Positions 40,351 through 51,479 of a stretch of DNA of 64,000 nt are shown here, piece after piece. Under the pieces are notes generated by a model. The model was not told the DNA's origin. It saw only the letters and a list, made by a program, of their open reading frames with translations, and searched no databases. Source of the stretch: Mobula birostris. Lineage: Eukaryota. Location: the NCBI RefSeq assembly GCF_030028105.1, contig NC_092379.1, forward strand, positions 89,887,006 through 89,951,005, read 5' to 3'. Every line of letters begins with the position of its first letter. Position 1 is the first letter of the stretch. The position numbers and the translations under genes are program-made.

Positions 40351-42530
40351 TAGAATAAAAGTGCAAGGAGACCTTGGTCCAGCTTTATAAAACATTGCTT
40401 AGTCTGCAGCTTGAATGTTGTATGGAAGTCTAGTTAGCAAAATGCAAGAAGGATGTTGTTCTGAGAAGATGGCTTGCTTTGTCACATATATACATTGAAA
40501 CATGTAATGAAATGCATCGTTTGCAATAGATCAACGAAGATTGTGCCCACAAGTTTTGCCATGATTCTGGTGCCAACATGCCCACGACTCCCCAGCCTAA
40601 ACTGTACATCGAATGTGGAAGAGAATCAGAGCACCTGGAGGAAACCTACATGGTCATGAGGAGAATATACAAACTCTAAGGCAGTGACAGAAATTGAGCC
40701 CCTGTCAGTTATCACTGTTGTGTATTCAATGTACTAACCACTACACTACCGTGCCACCTACAGGAGAGGGTGCAGAGAAGGTTTAGCAGGATTTTGCTTG
40801 GAATGGGATGTTTCAGTTAGAATGGATGGGTTGGATTTATTTTTACTGAGCACAAAGCTGAGAGGGGACTTAGCAACAGTCAGCGAAACTCAATCCTTGC
40901 CCTTTCAGAAAGGAGAGGGATTGAGTAGAATTGTGGAAAATTAGTGCACGTGGTCAATTCCTTTATCCTCTTTGATAGAAAGAAATCCACAGTTGAGGAA
41001 TATTTAAAGAAATGTATATCATCAGACCAGATATGATGAGACAGAAATTTTGAACAATATTGTGAAATTTTTGCAGGAAAAAATACATTTTTAAATTATC
41101 TGTCATCTTCAGCTTTCAAGTTGCCAGTTACTATTTCTCAGAATTTTTAATGGAATCAATGGAACTTTTTCTCAATAAAATTAATGTTGCTTGGAAGGGA
41201 ATGAAATGGCACTCTTTCAGCAGAAAATCCTTTTTGTAGATGTAAGCTATGTAATGCAGATGCCCTTGTTATCCATATCAAGGCGTGGGTTTGGTTATCC
41301 ACATGAGAATATGATTACACATCAAGACTAGTTTGTTAGCCACAGAAGAATAGGGTTTTCTTGCTCGGTTTTTCAGTAATACCATTTACAGGTATTGTCC
41401 AAGCTGTATAATTTGACAGTGTAGCCTGAAAATGCTTCAAATGCTGAATGAAATGTTATTAAAAATTCAACTCCTGGTAATGTTCCTACAGGCTATTAAA
41501 TTTACATGTTTTCTGGGTCTGACTGGCAGGATAGCAGTTCGGAATGTTTATAAAATTGCTTCTGATGGCAACAAAGTTGTAGTTGCCTGATTTTGGGTCC
41601 TTGAAGGGGCTGGTATAGGTCAACTTATTTTGATTATCATTTTCAAAATGGTACTAACAAAGTTAACATTTGCAATTAATATTTTCAATGTTAAAAGTAT
41701 ATTCCATATCAGCAAATTAACTGATACCTTTTTAGTGTTCAGATTATGAAGGTGATTTTTCACATGCAGTCCTTTTCGTATGGGCAGAAGAATGGGAAGA
41801 CAGTTCTTAGCCAATAAATATTGATAAGCTGCTTAACCATCTCCCAAGTTAGCATGAAAGCAGAAGTGAGTGAGGGCAATTGTTTGAATAAACAGTGAAA
41901 TTAGTTTATTCCGGTTAACTGGGACATATTGGGATCGGCACACTTTGACCCAAATAATCAGCTGCTCCATTTTGCCTAAGTTTCATGGAAATAGTTAAAA
42001 AAGGTGTAATTTTTTAAAGTCATACTATAGTTTAACTTAGTAACAAACTATGTATTTAAATGAAATACAGAACAAATTAGAATATTACCAATATTACCAC
42101 AGTGCTCTAAAACTGTTCCTGTAAATTACCAATACAATAATTCGTCCAGTGTACTCTGTCGTGTTCTTTTGATTGAATGTAAATGAACAAAATCATTGCA
42201 GACATCTTGTGCAGGTAACAGAATGCCGTCATACAATACTTTTGACGATTGTATCCTGCGAATCTTGATTTCCATTGAAGATGGTTGTCTATACCCTCAA
42301 GTTTTCATTGTTCTGAAGTTGAAGTGGTAAAATCATTTTGGGCATCTCTAGCCTGAATGCTTGAAATCTCAGTGAGGAAAAACCAGTACTGAATTGTCTC
42401 TCTGCTTATTTCTCATCAGCTATCAGTGACAAAAATCACTGCTTTTTGAACATAAACACAGGCAATGATGCTATTTAAAAACTGTTCCTTCTAAGCACAA
42501 TGTAGGGTCTACAAATTGTGCCTCGTGGCC

Positions 42531-43369
42531 TGTTAAGTACTCCGTAACTGGGTTGCTAAACCAGCGGAAATAGACCACTGGTTGGAGTCTGGTTTACTAG
42601 GAACTAATAAAGTTTTATTAAAGAAATAAGTAACACAGTACTCTAATCGTAAGGATATAAATGCAACAGGTTAGCAATGATAAAACACACATGTACACAG
42701 AACTAGGGTAATAGGAATCAACCAAGCTCTATCGCAGTCTAGGGGTAAAATGATCAGTCTCAAGTGATGCAGAGTTCAGTTCAGCTTAGTATAGTTCGCA
42801 GTAATCGCTGTTGTGTCATTGGGGAGAGAGAGAGAGAGATGCAAATTTTGATTCAAACAGACCTTTGATGTTCTTCGCAGTTGGCTTTCGGGTGGACCCT
42901 TTTGCGTCTTCTATCCAGCTGTGGTCACCGACTGTGACCCCTCCGTTCTGGATACGACTGTTCTTCTGCGGTGAACCCGGCACCCAGGCAAGGACGGACA
43001 CACACACCAGGTTCCCGCCGATCGTACCTTTTCACCCTGTGAGTCTATGGTCAATTCCTGCGAACCGGACCTCCAAACCCCCACCAATTTGTGGGGGCAC
43101 ACCGCTCTTCCAGGGTCTCGTTATCTCGTGATCTCGTGTGCGTGGTGCCTTAGCGAACCTGTTCTTTTCATCCCCTTGCTGGGGTATCGCCTGTCCATCA
43201 AACTTCAAACAGTTCAGGTTCAAAGCAACCGGTCTGTCAATATTCTGAATTGTGTTTCTTTTCCGTTATCTCTCTCCTCTCTCATTAACATTTTGAACGT
43301 TTCTCCATTTGTCTCCCTTATCTCTCTCTCATTAGCATCAATCTTCTGATAACTTGGTTTTTCGTCACA
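42531..43369 (-). repeat. 3' LTR of Gypsy element 2 (839 bp)
   Basis: TGT...ACA termini; adjacent PPT (minus strand gaaggatagggg, 43370-43381). Confidence 0.9.
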
Positions 43370-46300
43370 CCCCTATCCTTCAAACGATTTTTACCGGGGT
43401 AAAAAATTATGGGCATGAATACATTATTGGATACACACTAATATACAGGGTCATCAGCTATTCGGCTAATGCAGAGAACTTTAAGTTTTCAACACCTTGG
43501 CAGACAGTCAGCAATCACATTGTCCGTTCCTTTTATATGTGTTATTTTAATATCAATTTCCTGTAAGACCAGGCTCCAACTTAGCAACCTTTTGTTTTTA
43601 TCCTTCATAGTGGCCAGAAACACTGGGTTGTGATCAGTGTAAATTACTAGTGGTTTCCGTGCTGGACAAATATAAACCTCAAAATGTTGTAATGCTAGTA
43701 TGATGGCCAGTAACTCCTTTTCCACAGTGGAATAATTTCTCTGATTGATATTAAATTTCTTAGAAAAATAAGCCACTGGGTTGTCAACGCCCTCTTTGTC
43801 TGTCTGCAACAGCACAGCCCCGGCTGCTTCGTTGCTAGGGAGAAGGATTTTGAAAAGTCAGGCGCATTCAGCACAGGATGGTGACACAGAATAGCCTTCA
43901 GACTCTCGAAGGCCTGTTGACAAAGGTCGTTCCACACAAACTTCGCATTCTTTGGCAAGAGCTTAGTAAGAGGGAGGGTGATATCCGCAAAGTTTTTGCA
44001 AAACTTCCTATAGTACCCCACCATCCCCAAGAACCTTCTCAGGGCTCTCTTGTCTGTCGGGGCGGGGACTTCAGAGATAGCCCGCACCTTAGCCTGCATC
44101 GGTGCCAGCTGCCCCTGTCCTACCACATACCCCAGATAAGTGACCTTCGTGTGGCCGAATTCACTTTTTGCGAGGTTCACTGTCAGGTTGGCTTCCGACA
44201 GCCTCTTAAACAGTTCCTCTACTGCCACAATGTGCTCCTCCCACGTGTCACTCCAGACCACTAAATCGTCAATATACGCTTCTGCGTTCTTTAACTCTTT
44301 TATCACTGAATTAATCATTCTTTAGAAGGTCCCCGGGGCGTTTTTCATGCCAAAAGGTAAAACATTATACTCATATAACCTGAATGGAGTGACAAATGCT
44401 GAGATTTCTCTAGCCCGGTCGGTTAAAGGAACGCACCAGTACCTTTTCAGCAAATCGATCTTTGTGATATACTTAGCTCTCCCCACTTTATCGATGCAAT
44501 CGTCTACCCTTGAGATCGGGTAAGCATCAGTTTTTGTGATGACGTTCACTTTTCTGTAATCTGTACAGAATCCTATGCTCCCATCGACTTTCGGGACAAC
44601 CACACAGGGGGACACCCATTCCGATTTGGATGGCCCGAAAGCGGGTATTGGTCGAAGGGGTGCTTTAGGCGGGACCTGATTTGGCTTTCCTACCGCCTGA
44701 CATAAATGACATCGCCTACAATATTCAACAATATCCTCCCTCATGTTCGGCCAGTAAAACTCTTTCACAATTCTATCGACTGTCTTCCTCACCCCAAAAT
44801 GTCCACTGAGGGGTATCTTTTGGGCCAGGTTAAAAATCTCGACCCTATAAATTTTCGGCACTACCACCTGGTGCACCACCCCCGCATTCCTCATCTGCGG
44901 GCACGGTACTTGGTCTCCATTTCCTCCTTAGTACTCCCTCCTTCACATAATAGCCCACTGGCTCCCTTTTTAATTCTGCTTCGGAGAGAGCTGTCTCCGC
45001 CAAAACCATTAGCTCCTCGTCTTGTTCCTGTGCCTGTATAAATTTTTTCCTTGCTAATGATAAGTCTACCTCAACTCCCTCACTTCCTTCTGCTCTACTA
45101 CGCTTCTTCTTCTCACTTTCTAACCCCCCCCCCGGTACAAGGCTGGTAAAAACGTCTCAGCTAAATCTACATTTGCTTCGGCAGCCTTTCTGGACATACA
45201 CCGAGTCACTGCGCAAACGGAATAAACCTGTGAGTCCATGGGTGGGGCCTCAATCCTGGCAGGCTGGCTTGTCAATCTTACTGCTGGGTACACCTCTCCG
45301 CTGGCGAGGTCATTACCAAGTAAGACCTCCACGTCTTCCATCGGTAGTTCGGGCTTCACCCCGATTGTGACCTGTCTGGAGACCAAGTCGCTTTTTAGGT
45401 GTATCTGGTGCAAAGGTACTGCTTCAGTCCCTTTCCCAATGCCTTTTATCACACTGACCTCCCCAGTCTCGGTCTCTGAACTAAAGTCTAAAACACTCCT
45501 TAAGATCAGTGACTGACAAGCTCCAGTGTCTCTCCAGATCCGCACTGGAACTGGGTTTGACCCTTTCTTCACTGACACCAATCCGGCTGAAATAAACTTC
45601 TCGCGCCCTTCCTGAACTCTATCAGACCTCTTCTCCCCTAGCGGTTTCTTTGCCAGCTCAATACAGCCAGTTGGAATTGTCGTTTTTCCTTTCCCCGTCT
45701 CCTTCTTTGGGGCAAAGCACCTGGATGCAAAATGACCGGCTTTCCCACAATTATAGGATACGACCCCAGGAGACTTCCTACTAAACTGCTCCCGTACCCT
45801 TCTCACTAGTCCCCGACTTACTTTCTGACTTCTCTGGCGGACTTTCTCCGCCCTCTTGACTACCCTTCTGATAGCTTTTACTTGGGGTAAACTTAGCTTT
45901 GTGCATTAACGCGTATTCATCCGCTAACTTAGCAGTTGCGGCTAAGGCTTCTGCCTCTTTCTCATCTAGGTAGGGCCTCATACTTTCTGGGACACAACCT
46001 TTAAATTGCTCAATCAGTATTAGCTGTAGCAGTCTGTCATAATCCCCACTGACCCCTTTCGAGGCGCATCAACGCTCACATTACATCTGCATCTCACGGA
46101 CAAACTCTAAATACATATGGCCCCACTGCTTCCTCACATTCCGGAACCTCTGCTGGTATGCCTCCGGGACCAACTCATAAATTCTGAGCATCGCCCCTTT
46201 CACCACATTATACCTCTGGGCATCTTCTTCGGACAATGCCGAGTAAGCTTGCTGAGCCTTCCCTTTTAAGTACGCTCTGAAGCAAAACAGCCCACTTATC

Positions 46301-46941
46301 CCTCGGCCAGTCCTGACTTGCAGTGACTTTTTCAAAATGTAGAAAGTACCAATCAACATCGGCCTCCTCAAATGGGGGAACCAGCCTAACCTCCTGGGTC
46401 GCCCTGAACTCTCCACCTTGGTTCGGCATGGGCCCCTGTGCTATCGTCATCTTTAACTTCTCCAGCTCAAATTCCCTTTCCCTCTGTTTCTCTCTCTCTC
46501 CTCGTTCTAACTGCCTGTCCCCCTCTTCTCGGTCCAGCTGCTTTATTCTCTCTTCTTGTTCTAACTGCCTGTCCCTCTCTTCTCGCTCCAGCTGTTTTAC
46601 CCGGAACTCGTGCTCGAGTCTCAATTTTTCCATCTGCAGCTGTACTGCTTCTCCACCGGGTTTGCCCATAGATACCACCTCCAGCTCCCCTTGGGGAAAC
46701 ACACCTTTAGGTACATAATGCTCAATGATAGCTCTGTGCATCTCTGCTCTCCTCATTGTCGACTTCCCCTTAAAAAGATTCAACCATTTGGCAACAGTCA
46801 CCAATTCTGATTTCCTGGCATCTTCTAATGCCTCCAAGGTTGGCGCCTTCAGAAATTCCTCAATTTCCATTTCTGCTGTTTGCCCTTTCTTTCTTTCGGG
46901 AATTTTAACCCAATCAATTTACCCAGTCCCAAATTTGGCAT

Positions 46942-46965
46942 TCAAAATCGCGGACGAGATCCCCA
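46942..46965 (-). promoter_or_regulatory. Primer-binding site, tRNA-Pro-like
   Basis: Minus strand TGGGGATCTCGTCCGCGATTTTGA starts 4 nt inside the LTR boundary; cf. tRNA-Pro PBS TGGGGGCTCGTCCGGGAT. Confidence 0.75.
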
Positions 46966-46969
46966 CTTC

Positions 46970-47512
46970 TGTTACGTACCCCGTAACTGGGTTGCCAAAC
47001 CAGCAGAAATGGAACGCTCGTTGGAGTCTGGATTACTAGGAACTAATAAAGTTTTATCAAAGAAATAAGTAATACAGTACTCTAATCGTAAGGATATAAA
47101 TGCAACAGGTTAGCAATGATAAAACACACATGTACACAGAACTAGGGTAATAGGAATCAATCAAGTTCTATCGCAGTCTAGGGGTAAAATGATCAGTCTC
47201 AAGTGACACAGAGTTCAGTTCAGCTTAGTACAGTTCGCAGTAATCGCTGTTGTGCCGTTGGGGAGAGAGAGAGAGATGCAAATTTTGATTCAAGCAGACC
47301 TTTGTTCTTCGCAGTTGGCTTTCGGGCGGACCCTTTTGTGTCTTCTATCCCACCGAGGTCACCGACTGTGATCCCTCCGTTCCGGATACGACCGTTCTTC
47401 CGCGGTGAACCCGGCACCCAGGCAAGGGCGGACACACACACCAGGTTCCCGCCGATCGTACCTTTTCACCCTGTGAGTCTATGGTCAGTTCCCGCGAACC
47501 GGACCTCCAAAC
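46970..47512 (-). repeat. 5' LTR of Gypsy element 2, truncated
   Basis: Direct repeat of 42531-43078 only; the ~291 bp matching 43079-43369 is absent. Confidence 0.9.
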
Positions 47513-48999
47513 TTTGAACATAAACGCAGGCAATGATGCTATTTAAAAACTGTTTCTTCTAAGCACAATGTAGGGTCTACAAATTGTGCCTAGTGGCCAC
47601 ACAAGTGCTTGCAACTGACACTGGTTAAAACCAGTTCAACAGTGGTCTCCTGTCCTAATCAAGTGGCAGAGTGTCACAAATAAACAAATGGAATTCCAGC
47701 TATTTTTTTGATTAGTTTTTGGTTTTTAAGAGTTATTCCAAATAAGCGCCTCCCCGATTAACTAATGGCCCAATTAACCGGAATCTGCTTTTTTTTTTTT
47801 TTTTTTTTTTGAACAAGCAAAACAAAATTAAGTTGAATTGTGGGAAACAGATTGAGAGCATTTGAACAGAATTTACTTGATCAAAAGCTTGAATTGAATA
47901 GTACACAATGAAGATAGTTAATCCCAATTAACTTTGCCATTGTGAACTTAAAATGTAATATTCAGATGCAAACATTCCTGCTTCAGCTGGCAACATTTTC
48001 TGAATGGTTTAGCCATATCCTTGTTTGTGTCTAAATTGCAGTGTTTCAAGGTGACCAGAAATAATGTAAAATTATTTACAGATTTTTTTTGTCTCCATTC
48101 AATTTTTTACATGGTTTATACTTGTTTGTTTTAATGAAAAACATGAAAATGTTTTAACTTGGTCATCATGCATTTTAACAAAAATAGTTAATAATTTGCA
48201 GATTCAATGAGTCACATGGGATTTTATATTTTCAATTCTGTGTTTGGAAATGTAGTTTAAGTTGAAATGGTTTCAACATCCAAACTCCATAACAGAAGCA
48301 AAAGTAGCCCTCAAGCCTATTTAGTTCTTGTTATGTTAGCTTTTAATTAAGAAAAACAACTAGTTAGAGGCAGTATTTTCTCGCCATTAATGTAAGTGTG
48401 TAATGAAGATTTATTTTGGAAGTGACCTTCACTATATTAGCAAAAACAGTAATCAGCAGAATTAATAGAATAATCAAATTATATACAGAACCATAAATCA
48501 TCATGTATAGTGCTGTCAGAGTTCAGCTATTAATGGGTCTTATTGTTTAGCAGCTGCATTAAAAATTGCTTTCACTGATTTGTCTTGATAGGAACTGAAA
48601 TGCCATTTAAGGTTTAAGGACTGTGAAGCAGTATGATGCAAGGTCTGAAGTTTTTGCAGTTGTTAATTTAGTCATAATACGATTTGATACTAGAAGGCTA
48701 AAGGTGAGAACAAATACAGTTTATGCATCCTTTTTACAGCGAAATGCACATTAGTAATGGTAGCAGGTAGTTGGATATTTCAAATGACATTACAATTTTT
48801 TTAGGGTTAGTAACATGAAAAGGTTCCTCAACTGCAATTTTCAGTTATTTTCTGTATGTGACTAAAACTGCTTGTCTTTGATATACTAATGTGAAGGGTA
48901 ATGGAGATGACCCTTATTTCTTCAATGGCCCAAGTGGTTCAGTTTAAATCCTGATGGTGCAAGCTAAAACCAGAGTTATTTTGTAGTCAGTAACTTAAA

Positions 49000-49960
49000 G
49001 TTCAAATTCAATTTTTTGTCGTTCAACTGTACACATATATACCACCAAATGAAATAATGTTCCTCTAGAGAAAGCTGCACAACACAGTACATATAGCTCA
49101 CACCAAACACCAAGTGATATTACCACAAGTAAATTAACAAATAAAAAGGTACATTTATGACACAAGTTTACATTATTATGCTCTGGGCTTCATGCATGAT
49201 GAGACCTGGGTGGTGGCAGAGTTTGGTAGTCTTATGGGCTGTGGGAAGAAGCTGTTTCCCATCCTAACAGTTCTTGTCCTAATGCTGTGGTACTTTCTGC
49301 CTGATGGTAGTGGTTCAAAGAGATTGTTGGATGGATGGGAGAGATCATTGACAATGCTAAGGGCCCTGCATATGCAGTGCTCCTGATGTCTGGAAGAGAC
49401 ACCCCAATGATCTTCTCCGCAGTCCTCACAAACCTTTGGGACTTTCTGTCAGATGCCCCACAATTCCCATACCAAAGGATGATGCAGCTCGTCAGGACAG
49501 TCTTAATAGTCCTCCTGTGAAAGTTGATCAGAATGATGGGGTGTCGGGAAGTCTCACTCATCTCAATCTCCTCAGGAAGTGCATAAGCTAAGTGCTTTCT
49601 TGACCAAAGAGGTGGTGTTGAGAAACCAGATGAGATCATCAGTTAAGTGCACACCCAGAAACTTAGTGTTCATAACTCTCTCCACGGAGGAGCCATGTGT
49701 GTGCAATGAGGAGTGATCAGCTTGCACTTTCCTAAGGTCCACAGTTATGTCTTTGGTCTTGTCCACACTGAAACTCAAGTTGTTGTGCTTGCCCCATTCT
49801 ACCAGCTCTCCTACCTCCTTTTTGTACACCATTTCATCACCATTATTAATGAGGCTTACCACAGTTGTGTTATCAGCAAACATGATGATTCAGTTTGAAT
49901 AAGATCTAGAAACGCAGTCATTCACTAGCAACGGGCTGAACATGCAGCCGTGAGGACCAC
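49000..49960 (-). mobile_element. Rex1-like LINE 3' fragment
   Basis: FADNTTVV, KFLGVHLTDDL, TSCIILWYGNC. Confidence 0.78.
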
Positions 49961-50552
49961 CGGTCAGACTGGTGTCAGACTGACAAAACCACGTGGATGG
50001 AGGCAGATGATGGAACCCAGATGTGAGAGTTGTTGGTGCTTTGTGGAATTAGTTTTGTGTGAGCAGGAGAAACAAGATTGATAATCCCCTAGGTTCACAA
50101 ATCAGTGAGACCAGAGTTCGAGGGCTCTTCTTTGGGTTCCCACCATTGATGGTAACAGATTTGAAGCCTAGTTTTCAGTGATCGAAGTGTCTTGGAATCT
50201 ATACCAAGGATTGAAGCCAGAGGGTGAATCAGAAGCCTAGAAGTCAAGGCTAGTTGATTGGAGCAAAGTTTGTGAATCTCTACAAGTCTGCTGGGAGATT
50301 GAAGCCCAGTGTCTTCAAGCCTATGTCTGTATCAGTTGGACCTGAAGGCCTGTACTGTGGTTAAAGGACCATGCACCCATGTGCGTGGGTGGGAGGGAGG
50401 AATGGTGCTTGTTCTTGCTATTAGTGTGTGTTGCTTGTTGTACTTTCTGCTTGTGGCATTGTGGGCTTGCTTTTTTGGCCCTGGAATGTGTGGCGACACT
50501 TGCAGGCTCCTCTCAGTGCACACTTTGGTTGTAAATGCAAACAAGGCACATC

Positions 50553-50905
50553 ACAGTCAATGTTTCCGGCCAAAACCCTTCAGCAGGACCCTTCTGTCCT
50601 GCCAAGGGGTTTTGGCCCAAAATGTTGACTGTACTTTTTTTCCATAGATGCTGTCAGGCCTGCTATGTTCCTCCAGTATTTTACGCATGTTGCTTGGCTT
50701 CCCAGCATCTGCAGATTTTCTCTTGTTTGTAACGAGTTTCACTCTGTGTTTCGATTTACTCATGACAAACTTGATTCTTGAATCAAAAATCAGTTTTCTC
50801 CAGTCCAGCTGAAGGGTCTTGGCCCAAAATGTCTGACTGTACTATTTTCCACAGATGCTGCCTGGCATCGGTGCTGAGTTCCTCCAGCATTTTGTGTGCG
50901 TTGCT
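50553..50905. repeat. Cluster of Penelope-type short repeats with degenerate hammerhead motifs
   Basis: Three copies resembling gtcCTGAnGAagggtctcggcccGAAACGTCgactg, two followed by gatgctg.c.ggc...ttcctccagc. Related copies at ~11230-11325, 26375-26485, 35520-35650, 36770-36835, 37305-37470, 39120-39200 and 51303-51385. Confidence 0.7.
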
Positions 50906-51075
50906 CTATAATGTAGAGATATAAGCTATCCATCATAAGGTATCCAGTAGCTATTGCCCATCCTTGTTTTTCCTCAGAAATAATGCTAATTATTGAAATG
51001 TGGGCGTTGTCTCTTGAACAGTCTTTATACTGGGTTATGAAGCAAGAGGCAACTCCAGTTATTTGGAAGTATATA

Positions 51076-51302
51076 CAGTGGAGTCTGGTTAATGGGATAC
51101 ATTAGGGACAGTACATTTTGCCCCATTTAAGTGGCTGCCCCAATTAGCTGATGTTTCATGGAAATAATTAGAGGTAATTTAAATAAAGACCAACTGAATA
51201 ACAAATTATGTACTTAAATGAAATACAGAATAAAGTAGAACACTACCAATACAACTCAGTATTATAAAATTGTATTAGTTTCTAATTTATCGACGGAGGA
51301 AT
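51076..51302 (+). mobile_element. pogo/Tigger-like MITE, left part
   Basis: TA|CAGTGGAGTCTGGTTAAT terminus; collinear with the 4822 copy. Confidence 0.68.
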
Positions 51303-51479
51303 TGGCCCAGAACGTCGATAGTTTATTCATTTCCATAGAAGCTGCCTGACATGCTGATTTCCTCAGGCATTTTGTGTATGTTGCTTCAAAAAGTATATTT
51401 TCTTTTGACTTTAATGTGTCACACTGGCATATCAGCATATTGCTTGAAATTTTTATCTGGCTTTAGTCTTGCTTTAGTC

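Larger units (their letters stand above)
42531..47512 (-). mobile_element. Gmr1-like Gypsy LTR retrotransposon (gag-PR-INT-RT-RH order), defective
   Basis: Gag 46870-45781 (VPPFEEADVD.YF..FEK, knuckle YNCGKAGHFASRC); protease RDTGA; integrase zinc finger GHFG...CRRC; RT LPFGMKNAP, YIDD; RNase H VAYFSKK, TDHNP, ADCL; two LTRs, PBS and PPT. Confidence 0.93.
41902..47789 (+). mobile_element. pogo/Tigger-like MITE (~0.8 kb) split by the Gypsy insertion
   Basis: Left end attccggttaactggg (~41908), right end cccaattaaccggaatc (~47770-47786); halves at 41902-42530 and 47599-47789. Confidence 0.75.
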
